From NCBI GenBank assembly GCA_963733035.1, contig CAVTBU010000005.1, forward strand, positions 1,824,001 to 1,888,000: a stretch of 64,000 bases of DNA. The letters are read 5' to 3'. Below the pieces are notes generated by a model, which was not told where the DNA came from, searched no databases, and was given only the letters and a program-made list of their open reading frames with translations. Source of the DNA: Pirellulales bacterium (GTDB lineage: Bacteria > Planctomycetota > Planctomycetia > Pirellulales > PALSA-1355). Shown in pieces: positions 19,443-31,953 of the stretch; the stretch's first letter is position 1, and the number at the start of each line of letters is the position of its first letter. The translations under genes and the position numbers were made by a program.

Positions 19443-20331
19443 ATGAGCATCGAACTGCCCGTCATTTCGCTGGCCGAACCACCCGAGCGGTTGCCGCGCT
19501 GGTTGAAGAAGAACCTGCCGCTGGGTAACGGCAATCACTTTACGGCCCGGCTAATCGAAGAATTGCACCTGGAAACGGTGTGCGAGAGCGCTAAATGCCC
19601 GAATCGCATGGAGTGCTGGTCGCAACGGACAGCGACCTTCATGATCATGGGCGATACGTGCACCCGGCCCTGTGGTTTCTGTTCGGTGCACAAGGGTAAG
19701 ACGACGGCGTTGGAACTCGATGAACCGGAGCGCGTCGCCGAAGCCGCCCAGCGGTTGGGGCTCAAGCACGTGGTGATCACGTCGGTTACGCGCGACGATC
19801 TGCCCGACGGAGGTGCCGAGCATTTCTATCGCTCGGTGCTGTCTGTGCGTGAGCGAACGGGGGCCGTCGTCGAAGTGCTGACCCCCGACTTTATTGGCAA
19901 GCCGGGGGCCGTGGAGCGCGTGGTCGAAGCAGCTCCCGAGGTATTCAATCACAACACCGAAACGGTGCCTCGCCTGTATCGCGAGGTGCGTGGACGCAAA
20001 AGCGATTATCGCTGGACCCTTGAATTGCTCAAACGCGTGAAGCAGCTCAACGGCGCCATCAAGACCAAGAGTGGCCTGATGCTCGGCTTGGGCGAGACGC
20101 GAGAAGAGTTGTTCGACACGTTGGCGGATCTGCTGGAAGCCGGTTGCGACTTTCTCACGCTCGGCCAGTATCTGCGTCCCACGCCCCATCACCTGGCGGT
20201 GTCGCGCTATGTGCCCCCGGAAGAATTTGATGAGTTGGGCCGCGGCCCGGCAGATGGGTTTTGCGCAAGTGGCGAGCGGGCCGTTCGTGCGTTCGAGCTA
20301 CCATGCTCGGGAAATGGCCGAGGGGACGTAA
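19443..20331 (+). CDS. lipA: Lipoyl synthase (apparent frameshift ~20243)
   Basis: CESAKCPNRMEC and CTRPCGFC cluster motifs; the conserved tail GFAQVASGPFVRSSYHA lies in another frame ending at TAA 20331. Confidence 0.95.
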
Positions 20332-20469
20332 AAAACCGCCGTGTTTTCCCGGCATTTTGCCCCGGGACCCGTGATGACCTAGTTTTGAGCATGGGAGCTG
20401 CCTTCTCGTTGGCTTCCTTCGGCATTCCGGGCGAACAAGTTCGCCACGCTCAAACGCGGAGGTTATTAC

Positions 20470-20781
20470 ATGGGTTGGGGACATTGGCTCCTGCTCGAAG
20501 ACGTTGGGAAACAGCACAACGTTTCGGAAACGATCGGCGAACTCGACATCCTGCAACAGCGACTGAACAAGACGGCCGCCTGCCAGGCTTCGGTCACCGA
20601 CGAACTGCGTCGGCTAACAGCCGAAAACAACGAGCTCAAGCTCTACACGGCCACCGTTTTCCGGCTGTTGCTCGACAAGCAGCTCGTCACCATGGAGGAG
20701 CTGGAATCGATGGTCAACGCCATCGACCGCGAAGACGGCGTCGAGGACGGGCGGCACCGCGGCCCCGTGCTGGCCAAGTAG
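20470..20781 (+). CDS. Small hypothetical protein
   Basis: GGAGG RBS; helical, coiled-coil-like 103 aa ending DREDGVEDGRHRG. Confidence 0.75.
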   Translation: MGWGHWLLLEDVGKQHNVSETIGELDILQQRLNKTAACQASVTDELRRLTAENNELKLYTATVFRLLLDKQLVTMEELESMVNAIDREDGVEDGRHRGPVLAK

Positions 20782-20817
20782 CCTTGTCCGTTGGCAGCGT
20801 AAATCTACACTTCGCGG

Positions 20818-22683
20818 CTACCGATCCTCGGCCTTGGCAAGTTCGAACGTGTCGAAGAGCCGGCCGTCGATGTCGTAGGCCTTGAAGACGATCGTGCGAT
20901 CGTGGATCGCCGCGTAGCAGTAGTGGAACGCCCGCTGGAAGTGCAGGTTGAACCAGGTCCGCTGCGGGGCCGCTTCTTCCAGGCCGCCGCCACCGCCGCC
21001 GCTGGTGATGTAGCGGACGCCCTGCTTGTGGTTGACGGCCATCTCGAAGATCGGCCAGGTCCGCTCGTAGTAGTGAATGTGGCCATTGAAGGCGATATCC
21101 ACGCCATGTTTTTCATAGAGCGGAATTAGCTTCTGAGCATCGACGTCGCCGTAGGTAAAGTTCTTGTCCTTGGCACCGCGCTCATGATCGCCGTAGTCGT
21201 TCTCCTCGGAGCTGAAGCAGGGGTGGTGATGGCACGTGAATTTCCAGGTGGCGGTTGAGGCCCCCAGTTCCTTGTCCAGCCATTCATATTGCGGTGAGCC
21301 CGGGTCGAGAGGCCGGTTGCTGTCGACCATGAAGAACTGGGCATTGCCGTATTTGAACGTGTAGTAATACTCCGGATCGGGCAGCGCGAAGTAGTCGTAG
21401 TACCAGTGCGAATCCTTTTCGTGGTTGCCGATCACCGGGAATGTGGGAACGTGCGACATCAGCCGTGAGCACGGTTCGAACAAATCCTTCACCCACTGGT
21501 GCTTGGCATAGCCGTCGTCGACGACGTCGCCGCAGTGCATCAAAAAGTCGGGCCGACGCGAATAGGCTCCGTCGGCGCACTTCCGCGTGACTTCCGGATT
21601 GCGTTGCGTATCGCCAATCACGGCGAACGCCCAGGCGCGGTCTGCGGCCGGCGCGGTTTGAAACGAGGAAAGCAGCCCGCGCACTTCGGCCCCCTTCTCG
21701 TTCGTGCAAGTGACGCGATAGAAATATCGCGTGCCGGTCTTCAGCCCGGTCAGCTTGACCGTGTTGATCAATTCCATGCCGTCCGACTCGGCGCCGTTTT
21801 CCAGCGGCTGCACCTCGGCATAGTCGACCCGCATCTTGGACGGCCGTGACGTCTCGCACATGACCTTTATTGAATCTTGCGTGGCGAACTGCAAGTAAGG
21901 CTGCACCACCAGCACCAGGTCCTTCTCGGGCGTCGGGTTCCAAGCGATCAGCTTGTCCCCTTTCTTGGCAACCGCGGCGATCTCTTCGGCCGCCAGTGTC
22001 CGGCCGTAGGCCTTCAGTTCGAACAAGGCGCCTTCCATCAAATCGTCGCCGCGACGGTCGAAGCGCGCCCCAATGACATACGGGGCATCGGCCGGATAAG
22101 CAATGTCGCCCGATTGCTCGAGGGACTCGGCCTCGGGCTTGCCGTTCACGTACAGCCGCATCGCGCTTCCATCGTAGGTTGCCACGACGAAGTACCAGCG
22201 TCCGCGCTCGATCTTGGTCTGGCTGAGCAAGTAGCCCACGCGGCGCGGCCCGCTAGGTTTCTCCGCCGCTAGAGCAAAGACGAAGGCACCGTGTCGAAAA
22301 CCCAACGTCCAGCCGCGGCCGCCGTCGTCATCTCCCCGGTAGCTGATGATCGTCCCCTGCTCCAGGTTGTCCTCCAACCGTACCCAGGCTGCGATCGACA
22401 TCTCCCGTTTCGGTAAATGCTGACGTGCCTCGTCGCTGTTTTGCGCCAGGGTCAGATACTCTTGTCCGCTGAACAGCAGCACTTCGGTTGGACCCGCGGT
22501 GGCGAAGCGGGGCGCGCCGTGAACTTGGGCCAACACCTGGTGCGAAACGTCCTGCCAGGCTCCGTTTTGGATCGGGTGCGTGCCAGCCGCAAAGTGGAAC
22601 AGCAGATCGTGTTCGACATGATCGGGGTGACCGAGCGCAGCGCCACCGAGCAAAAGGGTGGCGGATAGAGCCAAGGAAATCAT
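20818..22683 (-). CDS. Secreted metallophosphoesterase with LamG-like and FN3-like N-terminal domains
   Basis: WYFVVATYDG..MRLYVNG (LamG), LTGLKTGTRYFYRV (FN3), GDTQ, GDVV, GNHE, HHP, GHIH; start uncertain. Confidence 0.9.
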   Translation of the reverse strand: MISLALSATLLLGGAALGHPDHVEHDLLFHFAAGTHPIQNGAWQDVSHQVLAQVHGAPRFATAGPTEVLLFSGQEYLTLAQNSDEARQHLPKREMSIAAWVRLEDNLEQGTIISYRGDDDGGRGWTLGFRHGAFVFALAAEKPSGPRRVGYLLSQTKIERGRWYFVVATYDGSAMRLYVNGKPEAESLEQSGDIAYPADAPYVIGARFDRRGDDLMEGALFELKAYGRTLAAEEIAAVAKKGDKLIAWNPTPEKDLVLVVQPYLQFATQDSIKVMCETSRPSKMRVDYAEVQPLENGAESDGMELINTVKLTGLKTGTRYFYRVTCTNEKGAEVRGLLSSFQTAPAADRAWAFAVIGDTQRNPEVTRKCADGAYSRRPDFLMHCGDVVDDGYAKHQWVKDLFEPCSRLMSHVPTFPVIGNHEKDSHWYYDYFALPDPEYYYTFKYGNAQFFMVDSNRPLDPGSPQYEWLDKELGASTATWKFTCHHHPCFSSEENDYGDHERGAKDKNFTYGDVDAQKLIPLYEKHGVDIAFNGHIHYYERTWPIFEMAVNHKQGVRYITSGGGGGGLEEAAPQRTWFNLHFQRAFHYCYAAIHDRTIVFKAYDIDGRLFDTFELAKAEDR

Positions 22684-23192
22684 CGAGGAAACTCCGCGAG
22701 GTGGGACAATTGGCGGGCCTGAATACACTCCAGCAAACCCGGAACGTCGGCCAGAGTCAACCCGTCTCATGTCGTTGTCAGCAGACCGTTGGCGATTTTT
22801 CGCCTCGCTGAGCTCGGTGACTGGTTCCGTTGCTTGTCGGAGAGCAAGGGATTCGTCAACGAGATCATTGAAGAAGAGGTCGTGAATCATGACAGCGCGA
22901 GCGCGCGGAGCGAGCGCGCAGCGGCGCGCTGGCGAAGCAATAAAAATGGTGCCGCTGGCCCGGTTGAGCCGGGATTGGACTCTGAAACGCTTGTTAAGGG
23001 TTAGTTGACCACTCCTCGACCATCGACCGAGAACAGCGGCACGCGGAACGGCCACCCGTTTTCGCTCAGGCGGTCGTTTCCAACCGTACGCCGTTCCCGC
23101 CGATCGGGACACGCCTGAGACTTGGGCAAAGCTCCCGCGGCACGACCTCCCACACCGCGCGCTATCTGCAGCTAGCGCTGGCGATCGGAGGA

Positions 23193-23312
23193 GCGTGGGT
23201 CGAGGACATAAGCGGCCGCGAAACGTTGTTCACGGAAATCACGTGCCGCTTGCGCCGGGGCTCAGACAAGCCGATCCTAACGCCCCGGGATTCACATCCT
23301 CGATAGCCACAC
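23193..23312 (-). ncRNA. Putative three-way-junction structured RNA
   Basis: Helices 23200-23209/23294-23303, 23210-23216/23245-23251, 23255-23261/23282-23288; mismatches become G-U pairs on the minus strand. Confidence 0.3.
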
Positions 23313-23462
23313 AGGCCACCGGACTGCTCGCGATTGTGCACCAGGTGCTGGCCCGATTTCAAGCAGGCAAAATCGAAGAGGAAAGAACTGGGAACGGCCC
23401 ACGGATTTCTGCAAGCGAACCCGACGTACTGCGACTGCCGCCCCCACCCGCAATCCGCCGTT

Positions 23463-24114
23463 CTACTTCACCAGTTCCAGCGTGCCCCACAGGCTGGGAT
23501 CGGAGGCGAACGGGAATTCGCTGCCCAGACTGAAATACTGTTGGCCGAGCTCGCGATCGAACACGAAGTAAGTAAAGCCGATGCGCGGATGGTCGGCCGG
23601 GTTGAAGCCGGTCAGCGCGGCGGCGGGGATGAACAACGCCATCACGTAGCCACCCACGCGCCGTTCGAGCTTGATTTGCAATTGGCCAGGGCGCACCGGG
23701 TTGGCATTCTCGCGGGCGCGATCGACGAGCAGTTGGTCGGCGACGGGTTGTTCGTAGTTGCGGCCGGCGCCGCCCGGCAGGAAGACGAAACGGTGGCAAA
23801 AGCGGCTGGCGCGGTGGATGTTGTGGGTGTCGCGGGTATCGATCCAGACTTGCAGCGAGTCGCTGTCCTCGAGCTTTGTTTCGCGGCACCAGTTCGGATG
23901 TTTCTTCCCCTCGACGCGCACGCTGAAGCCCAGGCCGCCTTCGCTCCAGGCAGCGCGGACGTCGGCGATGGCGTTTTGTCCGTCCAGCTCGCCGAGCAAG
24001 GGCAGACGATAGGCCGGCTCCAGCTCGGCTGGGGCCCGCGCCGAGCGTGGGATCGTACAAGCAGGGGGCCGCGAAACGAAACAGAAAGCGGGTGGGCAAT
24101 AGTTGCGAGCTCAT
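23463..24114 (-). CDS. Hypothetical beta-rich (CBM9/DOMON-like) protein coupled to uvrA (apparent frameshift ~24040)
   Basis: [14 protein letters not shown] start overlaps the uvrA stop (ATGA); continues in another frame as [12 protein letters not shown]...[11 protein letters not shown]...[10 protein letters not shown]. Confidence 0.8.
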
Positions 24115-27100
24115 GCGAAGGCTCCGGCACGTTTCTTGCGATCCACGGTACTGGCCAGGTGTTCGGCGAGAAATTGCCGCAAGTCGCCGCGGTCGAGGTC
24201 TTCATGAGAGCGGAATTTCAGCCGCGCCAAGTCGCGGTCGGGGCCGCTTTGGAATTCGGGATCGAAACCCAGGTCCTTGATGCGCCCCAAGGCGAACTTT
24301 CCCTTGGGGCCGCCAAGCGTCAGATCGACCGAGGCGACACGCTTGGTATGGATGGTGGCCCAGGGCTCGTGCTGTCCTTTGACGAACAAATGCACGAGCT
24401 GCTGGTTGTTCCACAAAAACTGTGCGTCCGGCGCCGTTTCCTTGAGCATCTCGCAGAGTTCTTCCAGGACGTCCGCATCCCACTTGGGCGGCTTGCCGGG
24501 CGGGAACCCCTTGCGAGCGAAATGCCATTTCTGCCCCAACACTTTCCAGGGCATGATGTCCTCGGGATTTTGCCGCACGCGATTGGTAAACCTCTCGTAG
24601 CCTGCAATCGCGTCGTCGATGAACTGCCAGAACGCCGGCTTGTCGACTTCCGCCAGGGAGTGCACCTGCAGTTGAACTTCCTGGAACGGACCGCGCACGT
24701 TCTTGCACTTGACCCGCGGCTCGTTGCCATAGACCGGCAGCTCGGCTAACTGATTCAACGGCTCAAGCTGTAGCTGTTCGACAAGTTGTTCGCGTTTGAA
24801 CGTGTTCTTAGCCACGCGGAATTTGAGCTTCAGCAGCCATTCTTCGCCGGTGATGGCATGCAGGAACCAGCCTTCGCTCTTGATCTTCGAGGCAATCTCC
24901 ACGATCGTCCGCGCGTTCCAATTGACGGGCCCCAGAAATTCCGCCCGCTCAATGCGATCGACGATCTTTTCCAGAATGGCGCCATCCCAGCGACACGGTT
25001 GCCCCTTGCGCCCCACGCGATCGACGGTATGCCACCGCCGACCGTCGACTTCCCACGGCATGCGGGAATCCTTGCCCACCTCGTTGATGTCCAGGTCGCC
25101 CTGCCGCTCGGACTCCTCCGCCGCAAAATCATACGCGACCCGCTTGCGGCGCGGGCTTTCGGCGAGCGCTTGGGCGAGCACCTCGCCGGTGTGCGAGCGG
25201 AGCGCATCGGTGGCGGCAGCGGAAACGCGCACCGCGTGGGCCACCATATCCTCCGGCGTGCCACTGGCCACCACGTAGCCGCCACCGTCGCCGGCCTCGG
25301 GGCCCATGTCGATGACCCAGTCGGCCGTTTTGATCACGTCGAGATTATGCTCGATCACGACGACGCTGTTGCCCAGGTCAACCAGTCGATTGAGCACGTC
25401 GAGCAGCTTGGCGATATCTTCGAAATGCAAGCCCGTCGTCGGTTCGTCGAGCAGGTAGAGTGTGCGGCCGGTATCCGGACGCGCCAGTTCGGCCGCCAGC
25501 TTCACGCGCTGGGCTTCCCCACCGGAAAGGGTTGGCGCGGCCTGGCCAAGCGTCAGGTAATCGAGCCCCACGTCGCACAGGGTCTGTAGTATGCGGCGGA
25601 TCTTGGGGATATTCTCGAACAGCTTAACGGCCTTGCCGCACGACATATCGAGTACGTCGGCAATCGACTGGCCATGATAGGTGACGGCCAATGTCTCGGG
25701 GTCATAGCGCCGGCCGCGGCACGTTTCGCACTCGACCCACACGTCGGGCAGGAAGTGCATCTCGATACAAATCTGGCCGTTGCCTTCACAGGCCTCGCAG
25801 CGGCCACCCGGCACGTTGAAGCTAAATCGCCGCGGCGTGTAGCCCCGCACGCGGGCTTCCGGCAATTGAGAATAAAGGGTGCGGATCAACTCGAAGACGC
25901 CAGTGTAGGTGGCCGGGTTCGAGGTGGGCGTTTGCCCCAGCGGCTGTTGATCGACCCGAATCACCTTGTTGATCTGTTCGATGCCGCGGATTGCGTCGTG
26001 TTGTCCGGGCGCTGATGCTGGCGCGGTGCAACGTACGAGCGAGCGAGCTGTAGAGAACGTCTTCGACCAGCGAGCTCTTGCCGCTGCCGCTGACTCCGGT
26101 CACGACGGAGAAGCAGCCGAGCGGAATTTGCGCGGTCACGTTTCGCAGATTGTTATGCCGCGCGCGACGATCTCCAGCCAACCACCCGGCGCAGCGGGCA
26201 AGGCCTGGTTTGATTTGCTGGATGCCGGAGGGGAAGGGGGCAAAGTCGAGGGTGCCTCGCCCTTTGATTTCTTCCTGCGGGTTTTCTTTGCCGACACAAC
26301 TTCGCCATTGCCATCCGTCGCTTTGCCGGCCGCGCGCGACGGCATCCGCCGATTGCTCGGCACGGCGATCGCCTTTTTGTGGGACAGGTAGGGCCCAGTC
26401 ACCGAGCCGCGTTTACGCGCCACCTGGGCCGGCGTGCCACGAGCCACGATCTCGCCGCCGCCGTCACCCGCGGCGGGTCCAAAGTCGAGCAGTTGGTCCG
26501 CCGCGGCCACGACCTCCCTGTCGTGTTCCACCACGAGCAGGGTATTGCCCAGGTCGCGAAGCTTTTCGAGGGCTCCGAGCAATCGGCGATTGTCGCGCGG
26601 GTGCAAACCGATCGTGGGCTCATCGAGCACATACAGCACGCCGCACAAGCCGCTGCCGACCTGGCTGGCCAGGCGGATGCGCTGGGCCTCGCCACCGGAG
26701 AGCGTCGGGGCCGGGCGGCCGAGCGTCAAATACTCCAACCCCACGTCAACCAGAAAGCGCAATCGGTTGGCCACTTCGCGCACCAGTTCGCCGGCGATCT
26801 TCCGCTGGCGTGCGTCGAGCTTCCAGGCGTCGAACTGTTCGGCCAGGTCGGCCAAAGGCATCCGACACCAGGCGTCGATGGTCCGCTCACGTAGCCGCAC
26901 GGCCGAAGCGTCGTCGCGCAAGCGGCTGCCGCCGCATGTCGAGCACTCCACTTCGCCGATCAGACTTTCCCATTTGCTGCGCAACGCCGGCGACAGCCGT
27001 GACGCCTCTTCCAACCCCGGATAGAGCCCCTTGAATTGAAACCGCAGCAGCGGTCGATCGGTTTTACGGCGCGCTGTCGGTGGATAGACGTCGATCCACT

Positions 27101-30100
27101 CGTCCCCCGTTCCGTGGAACACGACGCGGCGTTGCTTCGCGTTGAGCTGGTCGAACGGCACGTCGATCGGCACCCGGGCTTGTGCCGAGAGGGCCGCCAG
27201 CATGGCTTCGAACAGCGGCGTGCTGACGGTGGGCCACAATCCGATCGCGCCCTCGGCGAGGGTCAATTTTGGATCTCGCAACAGGGCCGCCGGGTTGGCA
27301 CCGGTCTGCGTGCCCAACCCTTCGCAGGCCGGACACCAGCCGAGCGAACTGTTGAACGAAAAACTGTGTGGCGTGAGCCGCTCGAAGCTGCGGCCACACT
27401 TGTCGCAGGCGTAATGCTGGCTATGGATCTCGACGCGCCACTTGGGCTCAGGCACGTCATTTTCCGGGTAGGCGACGTGCACCATGCCCTTGCCAAGCGA
27501 GAGGGCCGTCTCGACCGTTTCGGCGATCCGTCCCCGCGCGTCAGGCCGCACATTAACCCGATCGATTACCACTTCGACCAGGTGTTTGCGGCGGCGATCG
27601 ATTTGCGGCGGTGAATCGACCGAATGCGTCTCGCCGTCGACCCGCATTCGCACATAGCCCAACGAACGGATTTCGCTCCACAGATTCTCGTACTTCTCGC
27701 CGACGTCGACTTGCAGTGGAGCCATCAGGTAGAGCTTGCTGCCTGCCGGCTCGGCCATGATCTTGTCGACAATCTCGTCGGATGTTTGCGTGCCAATGGG
27801 AATGTCGCACGACGGGCAATAGGGCGTGCCGAGACGAGCCATCAGAATCCGCAGGTAGTCGTAGATTTCGGTCACGGTGCCGACGGTCGAGCGTGGCGTA
27901 TGCCCCATGTGCTTCTGCTCGATGGCGATCGCGGGCGAAAGACCCTCGATATGATCGAGCGCCGGCTTTTGCATCTGGCCCACGAATTGCCGGGCGTAAG
28001 AACTCAAACTTTCGACGTAGCGCCGCTGGCCCTCGGCATAGATCGTGTCCATGGCCAACGAGCTTTTGCCCGAGCCACTCATGCCGCAACAAACGGTGGT
28101 CTTGTCTCGCGGGATTTCGACATCGATGCTTTTGAGATTGTGTTGCCTGGCGCCGCGAACACGAATGGCTTTGGCTTCCGACGTAGTGCCGCGGCGGCGC
28201 CGGCTGGCCTGGGCGCGGCCCGAATTGCGGCGGGCTGCTTCGCCGTTCAAATGCGCGGCCAGCGAGCGGCCGGTGTACGAGTTGGCGTTGGCGGCGATTT
28301 CGGCGGGAGTGCCCGTGGCAATGATTCGCCCGCCGCCGGCGCCACCTTCGGGCCCCAGGTCGATGATCCAATCGGCCGTCTTGATGACGTCCAGGTTGTG
28401 TTCGACGACGAGCACGGTGTTGCCGGCATCAACGAAATCGTGCAGTACCTTGAGCAAGAGCTTGATGTCGGCGAAGTGCAGTCCGGTCGTCGGCTCGTCG
28501 AGCAGATACAGGGTCTGGCCAGTGCTCTTCTTCACGAGTTCGCGGGCCAGCTTGATCCGCTGAGCTTCGCCACCCGAGAGAGTTGGAGAGGGCTGACCGA
28601 GTTTGAGATAGTCGAGCCCCACGTCGTGCAACGTCTGCAGTTTGTGCCGCACCTTGGGAATGTTCTCGAAGTGCTCGAGCGCCTGTTGAACGTCCATCTC
28701 CAGCACGTCGGCGATGGTCTTTCCCTTGAACCGCACTTGCAGGGTCTCGCGATTGAAGCGGTGGCCCTCGCACACCGGACAGGTCACCCAGACGTCGGCC
28801 AGGAAATCCATCTCGAGCTTGTTCGAGCCGTTTCCTTCGCAGGCCTCGCACCTTCCGCCCGCTACGTTGAAGCTGAAGCGACCGGCTTTGTAGCCTCGCT
28901 GGCGCGATTCGGGGAGCTGCGTATAAAGGTCGCGTATCTCATCGAACAGCTTGATGTACGTGGCGGGATTCGATCGCGGCGTGCGCCCGATCGGCGATTG
29001 ATCGATTGCGATCAACTTGTCGAGGTGTTCGAGGCCTTCGATCTTTCGGTGCTGGCCCGGCGAGCCTTCGCCGCCGTTCAAATCGCGGCGGAGGGCTTCC
29101 ACCAGAATGTCGCTGACCAGCGAGCTCTTGCCGGATCCGGAGACGCCGGTGATGCAGACCAGCGACCCGAGCGGGATTTCGGCATCGATGTTCCGCAGGT
29201 TGTTGTGCTCGGCACCGAGTACCTTCAGCCACTTGCCCGTTAGCTCGCGCGGCGCGGGGGGAACCGCAATTTGCTCCGCGCCTGAAAGATACTTGCCCGT
29301 CAGGCTCCGGGGCGCTTTGGCAATCGCTGCGGCCGTGCCCTCGGCGACGACTTCACCGCCGCGCACACCTGGGCCGGGGCCGAAGTCAATGATGTGGTCG
29401 GCCGCCCGCATGGTGTCTTCGTCGTGCTCGACCACCACCACGGTGTTGCCCAGGTCGCGCAACTGGGTCAGCGTGTCGAGCAGGCGATCGTTGTCGCGGG
29501 GATGGAGGCCGATCGACGGCTCGTCCAGAATGTACAGCACGCCCACCAGTCCGCAGCCGATCTGACCGGCCAATCGGATTCGTTGCGACTCCCCGCCCGA
29601 GAGCGTCGGCGCGGTGCGATCGAGGGTGAGGTATTCCAGGCCGACGTTACTGAGAAAACCAAGCCGCCCGCGAATTTCCTTGAGCGCTTCGGTGGCAATG
29701 ACGGCGCGCGTGGCGTCAAGCTCTAACTCCTGAAAGAATTCGATCGCATCGCTGATCGGCAGGCCGCAGACATCCGGCAGCGAGAGCGACGCTCGATTGG
29801 CGAATTGACTGCCGCGAGTGGTCAGCGTGACCGCGCGAGCCTGCGGATTGAGCCGCTGTCCGTCGCAATCCGTGCAGTGCATCACCTGCATGTATTTCTC
29901 AAGCTGCCGGATTTGCATACCGCTTTGCGAATTGCGGTACTTTTCCAGCAACTCGGGAATGATGCCCTCGAAAATGCCGCCATACTTGTGGCCGGAGGAA
30001 CCACCGCGCCACGTAAACGTAATGTGTTGATCGCCGGTTCCCCACAACCACACGTCCTGCTGCGGGCCGCTGAGCTCGTTCCAAGGCGTATCGAGCAGCG

Positions 30101-31261
30101 CCCCCTTCGGAAGGTCGTGGATGCGTTCGATCGTATCGGCGACGCCCTGATAGATGTGCCGCTTCCAGCGCCCAGGTTGCGCCACGGGCCGAGCAGTGCA
30201 AAGCAGCCCTGCTTGAACGACAGCGTTGGATTGGGGATCAGAAGTCCCGGGTCGAAGCTATACAATTCGCCCAGACCGTCGCACGAAACGCACATGCCCT
30301 GCGGACTGTTGAAGCTGAACAGCTGAGGGCTCGGCGGCTCGAAGCTCAAACCACAATGCGTGCACGCGTAGTGGGCCGAAAGCTGGATGTCGCCGGGGCG
30401 CGTCGAGCCGGCGCCACGAGGCTGATTGTCGGGTGTGTCGGTGTCGGCGCCCCGCTTCCGTTTGGCGCCGCGACGCGTGCGGCCAGCGGCGGCCGGGGGT
30501 TGATCTTCGGTGCCTGCGGGTTCTCCCGAGGAGGTGAAATCGGGGGTCTCGGTGGCGACGATCAGGTTGCCGTCGCCGAGCTTGAGAGCCAATTCAACGG
30601 CTTCTGCCAGTCGACCTCGCGATTGTCCCGCCACCAGGCGATCGACGACCACTTCGATGTCGTGCCGCATCTGACGGTCGAGATTCAAGTCGTCGGTCAA
30701 CGACACAACGCGGCCATCAACGCGGGCTCGAGCAAACCCCTGTTTGAGCAGATCGACGAACAGATCGCGGTACTCGCCCTTCTGGGCTTTGATCAGCGGC
30801 GCCAGCACAAGGAACTTCGTTCCCGCGGGGAGACGCCCCACCTGATCGATGATCTGCTCACGCGTTTGGGCCGTAATCGGCCGTGAGCAGTTCGGGCAAT
30901 GTCCTTGGCCGGTGCGGGCATAGAGCACACGCAGGTAGTCATAGATCTCGGTGATCGTGCCGACCGTCGAACGGGGATTCTGGCCCGACGACTTTTGCGA
31001 AATCGAAATCGATGGGCTTAGTCCGCCGATGTAGTCGACGTCGGGCTTGGGCATTTGCCCAAGGAACTGGCGGGCGAAACTCGACAGGCTCTCGACATAC
31101 CGGCGCTGGCCTTCGGCATACAGCGTGTCGAAAGCCAGTGAGCTTTTTCCCGAACCGCTGACGCCGGTCAGGCAGATCAACCGATTGCGAGGCAGCGTAA
31201 GCCCGACGTCCCGCAGGTTATGTTCGCGGGCCCCCTTGATGACAATATCAGTAGCAGCCAT
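24111..31261 (-). CDS. uvrA: Double-length excinuclease ABC subunit A (~2380 aa) with C-terminal extension; apparent frameshifts ~30172, ~26166, ~26010
   Basis: Four G(V/M)SGSGKSSL Walker A motifs, four LSGGE.QR signatures and UvrA zinc fingers across four consecutive ORF pieces. Confidence 0.95.
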
Positions 31262-31545
31262 GGGCACCGTGCGGAGAAAGCAACAAGTCCGTTCGTCTTC
31301 CAGGCGAATCGTGAATTGTAGTAGACGCGCGTACACGCAGGCTAGCAGGAAAATTTTGCGCGGTTCCGAAAGGCGGCGATCGACACGCTGCTCGACCGCA
31401 AAATCGCACCGATGAAGCGCCGTTGCTAGCTTCCACAGGAGCCGGTCTGGACCAGGGCCACGCTTTTTGCGACACTCCCGCCCCCGTTGGACTAAAGAAA
31501 CCCGGCTGCCCATCGATCCCTCATGCGAGCAGGACACGTTGTCGT

Positions 31546-31953
31546 ATGAAATCCCAGCGTCTTATCGTGTTTGCATTGGCGGTGCTACTGATGGCGGCGG
31601 CCCCCCCAATCGCGCCGCGACCGGCCGCGCCGTCGTGGTGGAGTCGAATCGTGGCCGGAGCGAAACAGTTCGTGCACGATCCGCTAGGCAGTTTGCACTC
31701 GCCCCCGCGATCGCTGCCACCGGAGCCAGATTTGCTTGACGCAGACAATCGGCGAGCCGGCAGCGCGCTCGCACCGCCGTCTCCGGCATTGCAGCGCGAC
31801 GCCCTGGTGCGGCCTGCCGCTGCCGTTGAAAAGGTAACACCGCCAGCGGCGCCACTGCGCAAGCCACAAAAAACAGCGAAGCGTTCGCTATTCTCTCGCA
31901 ACCGCTCCCCTTCACGAACGGTCTCGGAATACATGGCCGAAGAAAAGCCATGA
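31546..31953 (+). CDS. Small secreted Pro-rich hypothetical protein
   Basis: Signal peptide [22 protein letters not shown] overlap with the LRR gene. Confidence 0.65.
   Translation: MKSQRLIVFALAVLLMAAAPPIAPRPAAPSWWSRIVAGAKQFVHDPLGSLHSPPRSLPPEPDLLDADNRRAGSALAPPSPALQRDALVRPAAAVEKVTPPAAPLRKPQKTAKRSLFSRNRSPSRTVSEYMAEEKP

Noticed and set aside
18720..19443. tmRNA gene near smpB
   Set aside because: No tRNA-like acceptor or T-arm ends in the flanking gaps.
20332..20885. 480-aa LipA with a long C-terminal extension in the ORF track
   Set aside because: Frameshift artefact; the true tail ends at 20331 and a separate gene lies at 20470-20781.
27624..29243. Long antisense ORFs (also 23334-24749, 31562-33028, 47155-48459)
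   Set aside because: Shadows of well-supported genes on the opposite strand, expected at high GC.
24111..31537. Several separate uvrA genes or pseudogenes
   Set aside because: The pieces join collinearly into one double-length UvrA across three small indels.
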